From: a virus
Virus record (IMG/VR): IMGVR_UViG_3300050821_003463
Location: 1 to 64,000 of that record
Direction: 5' to 3' (one strand)
Length of the DNA stretch: 64,000 nt
Part shown: positions 20,388 through 27,743 of the stretch, one piece after another
How the letters are laid out: every line of letters begins with the position of its first letter
Numbering within the stretch: the first letter of the stretch is position 1
Notes under the pieces: generated by a model
Databases searched by the model: none
Told to the model about the DNA's origin: nothing
Seen by the model: the letters and a program-made list of their open reading frames with translations, nothing else
Program-made: the position numbers and the translations under genes

Positions 20388-20579
20388 ATGCCTAATAAAG
20401 TCGCAATGTCGGACATCCGTAAGGAAGCCCAGAAGCTGATCGAATCGGGCAAAATGCCGCCTCTGCACCAACTACTCGGCGCAGTCGCCCACACGCGCAA
20501 CCAGTACGCCGCGCGCATCAAGGCAGCACAGGCTAGCGGTCCAGACCCAGTAGATGAGGTCACCCCGCAGTCGGAGTAA
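20388..20579 (+). CDS. hypothetical protein
   Basis: AGGAG RBS downstream of the promoter. Confidence 0.6.
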   Translation: MPNKVAMSDIRKEAQKLIESGKMPPLHQLLGAVAHTRNQYAARIKAAQASGPDPVDEVTPQSE

Positions 20580-20584
20580 GCCAC

Positions 20585-20672
20585 GGGCGTGACTCACAGG
20601 TGGAAGTGAACCAGACTGTAAATCTGGCGTCCCAAGCGGATATTGCAGGTTCGAGCCCTGCCGCGCCCACCA
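20585..20672 (+). tRNA. tRNA-Tyr(GTA)
   Basis: Acceptor GGGCGTG/CGCGCCC; anticodon arm CCAGA-CTGTAAA-TCTGG; long variable arm; T-loop TTCGAGC; encoded CCA. Confidence 0.92.
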
Positions 20673-20688
20673 AATATACAAAGTAAAC

Positions 20689-20768
20689 GCTCCCGTCGTT
20701 AAGCGGCTCAGGACCGCCGTGAGCGCGTTGTCGCGCAGTAGGAGAGGAGGGTTTTTCCTGTATGGGAC
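20689..20768 (+). pseudogene. degenerate tRNA-like sequence with a Glu-like 5' end
   Basis: GCTCCCGTCGTTAAGCGGCTCAGGAC resembles a tRNA-Glu 5' half; no canonical anticodon or T arm follows. Confidence 0.35.
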
Positions 20769-20798
20769 TTCAGGTCATCTTGTACCAGAGCGAGTACG

Positions 20799-20969
20799 GA
20801 TGAATGTGGCTGCGGCGAACAAAGACGCATCTGGACTCCTGAAATGCGGCGACGTTTTGGACTGTTACGTGGTGGAATGAATCACCCAAATTTTGGTAAG
20901 TCTATGCCGCAGGCAACGAGAGATGCTATCAGTTTAGCAAAACGGAGGAAGCGTGCTCAAGCAGGATGA
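20799..20969 (+). pseudogene. NUMOD3-containing homing endonuclease remnant
   Basis: Frame reads ECGCGE...NHPNFGKSMPQATRDAISLAK; first ATG at 20844; no nuclease domain. Confidence 0.5.
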
Positions 20970-21390
20970 TTTTTTGAAAGCCCAATTAGTGGCTATGGCA
21001 TGGCGATTCGGGAAACCGTATGGCGGGTATAAAGCTGGTGTACTTATCATGCACACCTTGATGAATAGGGTGCGTGTTGGCTGGGGGAACCTTTCACAGG
21101 TTCTTGACGGAGTTCCGCGCTTCATGGCAGAGAATGAATTACCGCCGCTCGATCTTCCCCCTCTGTGGGAGCCTGCCTTTGTGAAACTCTTGCACGCAGT
21201 GGAAGGCGTATATGACGGCAGCATCCCCGATGAGTCCACAGGCGGGCTCTACTGGGGTGATCTCAATAACATTCAGCGGGCGTGGTTCAGAGAGAAGATC
21301 ATCGACTCGCGCCAGGACGACGGTAACGGCACGCCTCTACCGGCGCACCGCAGGGTACACGACATGGGCACGCTCTGTTTTTGGGCGTAG
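20953..21390 (+). CDS. SleB/Hydrolase_2-like cell-wall hydrolase homologue, possibly degenerate
   Basis: LIMHTLMNRV and DESTGGLYW resemble Hydrolase_2 motifs; catalytic Glu not evident. Confidence 0.4.
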   Translation: MLKQDDFLKAQLVAMAWRFGKPYGGYKAGVLIMHTLMNRVRVGWGNLSQVLDGVPRFMAENELPPLDLPPLWEPAFVKLLHAVEGVYDGSIPDESTGGLYWGDLNNIQRAWFREKIIDSRQDDGNGTPLPAHRRVHDMGTLCFWA

Positions 21391-21400
21391 GGAGGAACGT

Positions 21401-21631
21401 ATGATATTCAGCTCTATTCTTAGCAAACTCAATAAAGATGGGCACGTCGGAATCGGGCTGTTCATCTTCGCAGTCGGCTCAGCGATTCATATTTTTCATG
21501 GTCTAGACGCTTCGTTCGTCGCATTCACTACTACTGTATTCGGCTTTCTGGGAGGGCATGCCTGGGTACAATCGAAAGGGACATCCAATGATGCACCAGC
21601 TCCTGATAGCTCTCCAGACAATACCAAATAA
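21401..21631 (+). CDS. putative holin
   Basis: 76 aa, two TM segments, polar tail, GGAGG RBS. Confidence 0.5.
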   Translation: MIFSSILSKLNKDGHVGIGLFIFAVGSAIHIFHGLDASFVAFTTTVFGFLGGHAWVQSKGTSNDAPAPDSSPDNTK

Positions 21632-21914
21632 TCTTCCTCCGTACGAGTGGTTCTTTCAACATCTCCAGGTCATCGGCTGGCCCACCCTCTGCTACGCAGT
21701 ATGGCGGGTAACAAGATTCTTCTCGCTCGTAGAGAACAGAGTTCTCGGAGCAGAAGCGCACATCGAAAAGATGGCTACGAATTGCTTCCCGACAATGCAG
21801 ACGAGTCTTCTAAATCAAGACGTGCTGCTCAAGTCAATGGACGGCAGTCTGAAGAGGTTGGCGGACGATATACCAGGAGTAAAACACACCAAGGCACGAC
21901 GAAAGACACGTTGA
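21588..21914 (+). CDS. membrane protein with coiled coil, possibly lysis-associated
   Basis: Hydrophobic segment, coiled coil and basic C-terminus. Confidence 0.45.
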   Translation: MMHQLLIALQTIPNNLPPYEWFFQHLQVIGWPTLCYAVWRVTRFFSLVENRVLGAEAHIEKMATNCFPTMQTSLLNQDVLLKSMDGSLKRLADDIPGVKHTKARRKTR

Positions 21915-21939
21915 CATCACATGAAACAGTTGGTAATCT
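21911..21939 (+). promoter_or_regulatory. sigma70-type promoter
   Basis: TTGACA-17 nt-TAATCT with extended -10 TG. Confidence 0.7.
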
Positions 21940-21958
21940 GTAGATAGGGAGAGAACTC

Positions 21959-23581
21959 ATGGGACAGACGAGCGATCTGCGGGACAAGATTATCGCCAGC
22001 TTCGGTAAGCATTCAGGGAACATCTCGGCAGTCAGCCGGGAGATCGGCTGCAGCCGAAGTTCGGTGAGACGCAACATCGCCAAGGTCGGCATCGGGCGCA
22101 AGCCCCTTGCGGGCGGCAAGCAGCGCGCAGCAGAGCAGAAGGCAGGTCTGCCGGTCGCGGGAAGCATCAAACGATTCATCCTCACCTCCGCTCAAAATAA
22201 TACGCACGTCCACAAGGACTTCTGGGAGAACTTGCAAGCGATGGTTGCACATTATGATGCAACTTTGCTGATTGGCACGTTTTCGTACAACCAGAACAAC
22301 TACGGGCAACTCGCCGTGAAGCGAGGCACGAAGAAACCCGCAGAGCAGACTCTGTGGTTTGACCCAATTCTCAAGCCGTACATCAGTGACAAGAAAATTG
22401 AACTCGCACCCGGGCTCGTGTGGTCTGGGACGATGAATATCCTCCCGACCGAGGACAATCCGATTTCGGGGTTGGAGACTTACGGCGGCGCAAGCAGCGT
22501 GATCTTTCCGCACGCAAAGGTGGAGATGCGGTCTATTGCTACCCCGCCCGATATGCCGGTCAAGATGATTTATACGACCGGTACTGTAACGCAGATGAAC
22601 TATCTGCAAAAGAAACTAGGCATCAAAGCAGAACATCATCACCGCTATTCGTTTCTCGTAGTTGAAGTCAATGATCGAGGCGAGTGGTGGGTACGCCAAG
22701 TCTCCGCTCGAAAGAGTGGCGACAGCATTCAAGATTTGAACGTCCTAGTCGAAGGCGGCAAAGTCATCTCGACGAAGCATCCAGTAGCAGCCATCGCATG
22801 GGGCGATTTGCACGGGACTATCGCGGACCCGCGCGTTGTAGAGTCCTCGCAAGATATGCTGGACACGTTGCGCCCTCCGGTGCAATATCTCCACGATATC
22901 ATGGAAGGCATCTCCGTGAATCCGCACATGCGGAAGTACAAGACCATTCATGAGAGTTACGCTCGCTGGCTTCGCGGGTTGCATAGGGTTGAAGAAGAAC
23001 TCAAGCAGACCCGTCCGGTTATTGAGAGATACCTTCGTCCGTGGGTTAAGACGATCTGTCCTGATGCGAATCATGATCGCTTCTGGCTACAGAGATGGTT
23101 GCGCGAGTACGACTATCGCGTCGACCCGCCAAACACTGAAATCTTTCTTCGCTTGCAACAGTTCATGTACGCAGAACTTAGCGCGGGGAAGATGCCGAAG
23201 AACGTGAACCTGATGGAGTACGCCTTCGTTAGAGAGGCGGGGCTCAAGAAAGGATCAGTCAAGTTCCTGTTGCCAGATGAGAAATCTCTGGTAGGTGACG
23301 TCGCTTATGATTTGCATGGACACCGGGGACCGAACGGCTCCTTTGGCGCGGCGAACAACCTGTCTAAGATTGGTCGGAAGGCGACTACCATGCACACTCA
23401 CTCCGCTGGAATCTACCACGGGCTGTTTGTAGGCGGAACGTCTTCGAAGTTGACCCAGGATTGGGATTACACGGCTGGTCCAAGCAGTTGGACTCACAGT
23501 CATGTGGCTCAGTATCCAAACGGGCAACGGACGATCATCACTATGAAAGTAGTTGACGGGATCGCAAAGTGGCGCGCATAA
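21959..23581 (+). CDS. T5 A1-like protein (N-terminal HTH plus metallophosphoesterase-like nuclease)
   Basis: RFILTSAQNNT, NILPT, TGTVTQMNY...KAEHHH, GDLH, HD, NHD, HGHRGPNGS, HTH and SSWTHSHV.YPNGQRT are collinear with T5 A1 as recalled. Confidence 0.85.
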   Translation: MGQTSDLRDKIIASFGKHSGNISAVSREIGCSRSSVRRNIAKVGIGRKPLAGGKQRAAEQKAGLPVAGSIKRFILTSAQNNTHVHKDFWENLQAMVAHYDATLLIGTFSYNQNNYGQLAVKRGTKKPAEQTLWFDPILKPYISDKKIELAPGLVWSGTMNILPTEDNPISGLETYGGASSVIFPHAKVEMRSIATPPDMPVKMIYTTGTVTQMNYLQKKLGIKAEHHHRYSFLVVEVNDRGEWWVRQVSARKSGDSIQDLNVLVEGGKVISTKHPVAAIAWGDLHGTIADPRVVESSQDMLDTLRPPVQYLHDIMEGISVNPHMRKYKTIHESYARWLRGLHRVEEELKQTRPVIERYLRPWVKTICPDANHDRFWLQRWLREYDYRVDPPNTEIFLRLQQFMYAELSAGKMPKNVNLMEYAFVREAGLKKGSVKFLLPDEKSLVGDVAYDLHGHRGPNGSFGAANNLSKIGRKATTMHTHSAGIYHGLFVGGTSSKLTQDWDYTAGPSSWTHSHVAQYPNGQRTIITMKVVDGIAKWRA

Positions 23582-23592
23582 GTTAACAATAT

Positions 23593-23667
23593 CGCCCTGT
23601 GGTGTAAGTGCAGCACACCAGCCACCCGCAGGCTGGAAGGTCGGCGTTGCTTCCGACGGGGCGACCA
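23593..23667 (+). ncRNA. tRNA-like RNA with non-canonical anticodon arm and T-loop
   Basis: Acceptor CGCCCTG/CGGGGCG plus ACCA; D stem GTGT/GCAC; CCAGCC-ACCCGCA-GGCTGG arm with no U33; TCGG/CCGA arm. Confidence 0.7.
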
Positions 23668-23692
23668 AATTCACATCTTCAGAGGAGGGGAT

Positions 23693-23959
23693 ATGAACGA
23701 AGATCATAACGAGAACGAGAACCCAGACGTCCTGAGAATTAAGTTAGACGGGACGTACGGCGGGGGAGTGATGGCGAAGGTCACCATCTACACCCGCGTG
23801 TCCGCAGATTCAAACGATCTACGTGAGGAAGAGTTTGAATTTCCTTACGCCTTTGTCGACCAGACCCGATTGGTCGGCTACAACGCTGCTCACCTCATCG
23901 CCGGTTTTAGCATAATCAAACTGGAGAAGCCAAACGTGCTTCGGGAGCTGGGACTATGA
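23693..23959 (+). CDS. hypothetical protein
   Basis: GAGGAGG RBS; ATGA overlap with the next gene. Confidence 0.65.
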   Translation: MNEDHNENENPDVLRIKLDGTYGGGVMAKVTIYTRVSADSNDLREEEFEFPYAFVDQTRLVGYNAAHLIAGFSIIKLEKPNVLRELGL

Positions 23960-24465
23960 AGGTGTACATCGCTTCGATGTTCTCCGACAAGGATCGCGTG
24001 AAAGCGCGTGCCGCTGAGCTGCAAACGCTCGGCATTGAATGCACCTCACGCTGGGCGGATGAGAAAGTTCCGCATAACGTCACCCTGCAAGAATGCACAG
24101 ATGAATATCTCCGCGAGACTGCCGTCGCAGACGTCGATGATATTCTCGCCGCAGATATCGTAGTGCTCACGGTACCGGAGCCTAAGATGCTCGTAGATGC
24201 AACAGTCGCATCGTCTTCGCGTGGCGGACGGCACTTCGAATCAGGGTTAGTCTACGGTCTATGCGTAGCCCAGGCACTGGAGTTCGGGCGACCTACTCGG
24301 GAACTCATCGTTCTCGGACCACGAGAGAATGTCTTCCATCACCTCACCGGTGAAGGGGTAGCGTCTCGGTATCCTGAGATTAAAGTGATCGCAACGTGGG
24401 AAGAAGTGAAGCGATACCTCTGGCTGAGGTCCCTGCGCGTCGTACCCAACACAGTCAAATTTTAG
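23956..24465 (+). CDS. nucleoside 2-deoxyribosyltransferase / NMP glycosidase-like protein
   Basis: KVYIAS, DVDDILAADIVV and SRGGRHFESG motifs. Confidence 0.75.
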   Translation: MKVYIASMFSDKDRVKARAAELQTLGIECTSRWADEKVPHNVTLQECTDEYLRETAVADVDDILAADIVVLTVPEPKMLVDATVASSSRGGRHFESGLVYGLCVAQALEFGRPTRELIVLGPRENVFHHLTGEGVASRYPEIKVIATWEEVKRYLWLRSLRVVPNTVKF

Positions 24466-24474
24466 GAGGAGTAA

Positions 24475-24957
24475 ATGAGTGAGATCATCGCTCCGACATC
24501 GAAGGCTCTCGGAGCCAACCCCAAGGACCTTCTGGGTAGCAAGAAGGTCGACTCTACCAAGGTCCCTGCAGTCGCGATAGCGTGGGAATCCTTGGCAATG
24601 ATGGATGGAGCAGGCAAGTACGATCCGTATAACTGGCGGGCGAACAAGGTTGTTGCGTCGATCTATGTCGCCGCAGCTAAGCGTCATCTCGACGCGTGGT
24701 TCGAAGGAGAGGAAGAGGCAGAGGATTCGGGATGTCATCACCTCGGTCACTCTCGGGCGTGTATGGGCATCTTGCTCGATGCACAGGCGACCGGCAATCT
24801 CCTAGACGACCGTCCGGTTACAGAGAACTCAAAGGGCGTCTTAGCGCGCGTCATGGCGCTGATCGCGTCTAAGATACCTGCGATGCAAGAGCGGCATAAG
24901 AAATTCCGCACGGAGCAGGCGGCAAAAGCAGAGAACGCCCAGGGCGGCAAAGCCTAG
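24475..24957 (+). CDS. dATP/dGTP diphosphohydrolase (DUF5664-like)
   Basis: NPKD, GAGKY.PYNWR, AAKRHL and DSGCHHLGH motifs. Confidence 0.85.
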   Translation: MSEIIAPTSKALGANPKDLLGSKKVDSTKVPAVAIAWESLAMMDGAGKYDPYNWRANKVVASIYVAAAKRHLDAWFEGEEEAEDSGCHHLGHSRACMGILLDAQATGNLLDDRPVTENSKGVLARVMALIASKIPAMQERHKKFRTEQAAKAENAQGGKA

Positions 24958-25014
24958 CATGACACTGTTGCTATCGTTCTGAGCCTCTGTCAACCTGGGA
25001 CGCAGAGGCTTTAT

Positions 25015-25094
25015 GGGACTCGTAGCTCAAGGGTAGAGCAAGGGACGGTATAAAACCCGCCCCTGCGTCCCCGTTCAACTCGGGGCGAGTCCCG
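25015..25094 (+). ncRNA. tRNA-like RNA with elongated aberrant anticodon arm
   Basis: GGGACTCG/CGAGTCCC stem; canonical D arm TAGCTCAAGGGTAGAGC; T arm CCCCG-TTCAACT-CGGGG; anticodon arm AGGGACGG-TATAAAAC-CCGCCCCT; no encoded CCA. Confidence 0.75.
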
Positions 25095-25110
25095 CTTAAA
25101 AAAGGAACTT

Positions 25111-25209
25111 ATGTGGATGCGTCGCTGTGGTCAATGTGGACGTGAACTTCACAAGAGGACACTGAAGGAAATTCTTCACTGTCTCTGTGGGTGGGCTTGG
25201 GGAGAATAG
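25111..25209 (+). CDS. 32-aa Zn-ribbon microprotein
   Basis: MWMRRCGQCG...HCLCGWAWGE with AAGGA RBS; below the ORF-track cutoff. Confidence 0.5.
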   Translation: MWMRRCGQCGRELHKRTLKEILHCLCGWAWGE

Positions 25210-25210
25210 T

Positions 25211-25426
25211 ATGAGACAGTCAGGACAGTTTCCAGCAGGCTTGCCCTCGGGCAAGGTCAACGTTGCGCTTCAGCGCCCCACCGTGAATCTAAAAGAGGCA
25301 GAGAACGTAGGCGCGGAGTTGGCGTCGGTCGCACAGAGATCAGCAGCCTCGGGCAACGTCTTCTCTAAGCACGCGACGTTTGGTCCGAAGAAGATCACAC
25401 ATCCAGGGATTGAAACGGAGGACTAA
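25211..25426 (+). CDS. hypothetical protein
   Basis: GGAG RBS; operon packing. Confidence 0.55.
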   Translation: MRQSGQFPAGLPSGKVNVALQRPTVNLKEAENVGAELASVAQRSAASGNVFSKHATFGPKKITHPGIETED

Positions 25427-25557
25427 TGTCATTCCACACCTACTGGCGGCACTGGCATTTCGGAAAGACCTTCCGTATGAACGGGACGATGTGGGGCTAC
25501 AATCCCTACACGAGTTATCGCTTCGGTCCCTTCGAGTTAAGAAAGTATTCGTGGTAA
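25426..25557 (+). CDS. 43-aa aromatic-rich microprotein
   Basis: GGAGG RBS; TAATG overlap; MSFHTYWRHWHFGK... Confidence 0.5.
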   Translation: MSFHTYWRHWHFGKTFRMNGTMWGYNPYTSYRFGPFELRKYSW

Positions 25558-25566
25558 GGGAGTCAC

Positions 25567-25917
25567 ATGAGCAAGCTACCCAACAGAGCAACACAGAGTC
25601 CAGCGGAAGACGCTAAGGACCAGCCGAAACCTCCGCAGGAGAATCCGTGCGGATACAGCCATACCTACGGCGCAGGCAAGACGGCAAACCCACAGGTCTA
25701 CGTGAAGGAACATCAGATGATTCCTTCGCGTCTCGGCGGCAAGTCGAGAGAAGTATCGTTCGGTCCTCTATCGAGCGGTTTAGTGCCTGCAAACCCCTTC
25801 GCATCTTTGGCACAGGCTGGCTACATGCACAGCCATCCAGAAATTCTTGGGAAGAAGGGCTTGGCTGAATGGGATTCCGCAACCAAAAGTAAGAAGTTGC
25901 CGAAGAAAGTGAAATAA
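25567..25917 (+). CDS. hypothetical protein
   Basis: GGAG RBS; basic C-terminus. Confidence 0.6.
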   Translation: MSKLPNRATQSPAEDAKDQPKPPQENPCGYSHTYGAGKTANPQVYVKEHQMIPSRLGGKSREVSFGPLSSGLVPANPFASLAQAGYMHSHPEILGKKGLAEWDSATKSKKLPKKVK

Positions 25918-25919
25918 AC

Positions 25920-26489
25920 ATGCTGCCCTTTGAAGATTCACAAAACAATTTCGTGAAGTATACCGACCAGCAGGGGAATCTTCTCTCCGCTATCGTGCGC
26001 GACGGAACCATCCAGGTCCAGGGCGTCGAGTTTACTGACGGGACTACCCAGACAACCGCAGCTAGTGGCGGGTCGCAACCGGTATCCGTCGTTAACTTGA
26101 CCGCTGCACAGATTCTCGCGCTGTCGACGACTCCTGTAGTTTTAGTTCCGGCTCCTGGTGCGAACCAGTACATCGCGCCAACCGTGGTGATCTTTCAATT
26201 CATCTACGGTGGAACTCCCTTCACCGGAGTTGTTGGGGCGAATCTGCAGGTGGGCGATCCAACCTCCGTGGCAGGAAACGTCTCTTGGTTTTTCTTAACA
26301 CAGGTCGGGTTGTTAGATCAGACAACCAGTCAAGTCTCTCCAGCAATCGTGGAGAATGCTGTCATCCAGGTCGCGAACGCGACTAACGCACCTCTCGTAA
26401 TCAACTCTAGCGCTGCGAGTCCAACTGGAGGGGGCGACGGTAGCATCCTCCGCGTCATCACGTACTACAGCGTTCTGTCGGCAACATAG
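25920..26489 (+). CDS. putative virion decoration protein
   Basis: LTAAQILALSTTPVVLVPAPGA; beta-sandwich-like. Confidence 0.5.
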   Translation: MLPFEDSQNNFVKYTDQQGNLLSAIVRDGTIQVQGVEFTDGTTQTTAASGGSQPVSVVNLTAAQILALSTTPVVLVPAPGANQYIAPTVVIFQFIYGGTPFTGVVGANLQVGDPTSVAGNVSWFFLTQVGLLDQTTSQVSPAIVENAVIQVANATNAPLVINSSAASPTGGGDGSILRVITYYSVLSAT

Positions 26490-26496
26490 GAGACTT

Positions 26497-26805
26497 ATGA
26501 CAGACCCCGTAATCGCATTAAGCACACCGCAGGAAGAGGCGCAAGAGTTACAGGCGTCGCAGGAAGGTTGGGCGCATCGAGTACTCGTTGCGCTCGATCA
26601 GTTTGGAAATGTCTTCCTGTTTCGCGGGCAACCGGGAGAGACGATATCCACGCACGCAGCTCGCGCTGATCGGCTTGGCAAGACGTGGGGACGCTGGATG
26701 TGCATCACGCTCAATCTCTTCCAGGCGGACCACGGGTCTAAGGCACGCGCAGGGGATATACAGCGGGCAAAGAATCTGCTCCGCATCGAGAACGCTTGGA
26801 AGTAG
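26497..26805 (+). CDS. conserved-type phage protein (LDQ...GxPxETIS motif)
   Basis: VLVALDQFGN...GQPGETIST; AGGAG RBS. Confidence 0.6.
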   Translation: MTDPVIALSTPQEEAQELQASQEGWAHRVLVALDQFGNVFLFRGQPGETISTHAARADRLGKTWGRWMCITLNLFQADHGSKARAGDIQRAKNLLRIENAWK

Positions 26806-26813
26806 GAGGGGAT

Positions 26814-27518
26814 ATGCTGGATAGCTACATAAAATTTTTCGCGGCGCACGAGAAGGTGATACTAGCTCTCGTCGCAGCGGGCGCTCTCTTAGGGGGAGTC
26901 AGCAAGATCGACAGCCTAATCGTCAACCACGACAAGGCAAATCTGGCTGCGCAGGCACTCGTGGTCAACGCAGACCTCGCTAAGAACGCAGCGATTGCCC
27001 AGCAAGTTCTATCCGATAACGCTACGATGAAGCAGATGCAGGCGGCGAGTGACGCAAAGCAGGCGGCGCTCCAGGCGCAGGTCCTGTCACTAATCGCTAC
27101 GCTCGCCTCACAGCAAAAGAAAGATGCTACGATGACACCGACCGAACTGACGGCGCGTTGGAACACTCTAGTTCCGAACGCCAGCGCTTCGGTTACGCCA
27201 AGCGGCGTTACGCTACCCAGCGCCGGTGCGGTCGCGACCGTGCAACAGTTGGAGATCATCCCGGTACAGGCGAAAGAGTTGGACGCATCCAATCAGAGGC
27301 TTGTCATTGAAGACGGACTGCTCGTGCAGGCACAGAAGACGAACGGGGACCTCACCACGCAGGTCACGGGGCTGAAGGTCCTGAACGTAGACGCAGCAAA
27401 GAAGTGCGAAGACGAGAAGAGTGTAATCAAGGCTGAGGCGCGCAAGAGCAAATTGCGCTATATGCTCGGCGGGGTGATTGCAACAGTCATCACACTCGCA
27501 AAGTTTGGAGCACTGTAG
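26814..27518 (+). CDS. spanin-like membrane coiled-coil protein
   Basis: N-terminal TM, long coiled coil, C-terminal hydrophobic segment. Confidence 0.45.
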   Translation: MLDSYIKFFAAHEKVILALVAAGALLGGVSKIDSLIVNHDKANLAAQALVVNADLAKNAAIAQQVLSDNATMKQMQAASDAKQAALQAQVLSLIATLASQQKKDATMTPTELTARWNTLVPNASASVTPSGVTLPSAGAVATVQQLEIIPVQAKELDASNQRLVIEDGLLVQAQKTNGDLTTQVTGLKVLNVDAAKKCEDEKSVIKAEARKSKLRYMLGGVIATVITLAKFGAL

Positions 27519-27524
27519 ATTTGA

Positions 27525-27599
27525 TGGCATGTGGGCTAACGGTAAGTTGTCACCCTGTTAAGGTGAAAGATGGAGGTTCGATTCCTCCCGTGCCAGCCA
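27525..27599 (+). tRNA. tRNA-Asn(GTT)
   Basis: Acceptor TGGCATG/CGTGCCA; TCACC-CTGTTAA-GGTGA; GGAGG-TTCGATT-CCTCC; G73 and CCA. Confidence 0.92.
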
Positions 27600-27653
27600 T
27601 ATCGCCGTTACATCCGAGACGCTGGAACTCTCTTGCGGCAAAAACCAGTCTTT

Positions 27654-27727
27654 GGGCGGTTAGTTAAACGGGATAACCCCTGCCTTGCACGCAGGAATTG
27701 AGAGTTCGATTCTCTCACTGTCCACCA
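27654..27727 (+). tRNA. tRNA-Ala(TGC)
   Basis: G3:U70 in acceptor GGGCGGT/ACTGTCC; CCTGC-CTTGCAC-GCAGG; T arm; ACCA. Confidence 0.92.
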
Positions 27728-27743
27728 AATTTGAAAGGTCACC

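Noticed and set aside
24475-24957. Z-genome or 7-deazaguanine system
   Set aside because: No PurZ, QueC/D/E, FolE or DpdA recognisable in the window
27600-27653. Small riboswitch or pseudoknot between the tRNAs
   Set aside because: Only short 4-5 bp pairings; no recognisable consensus
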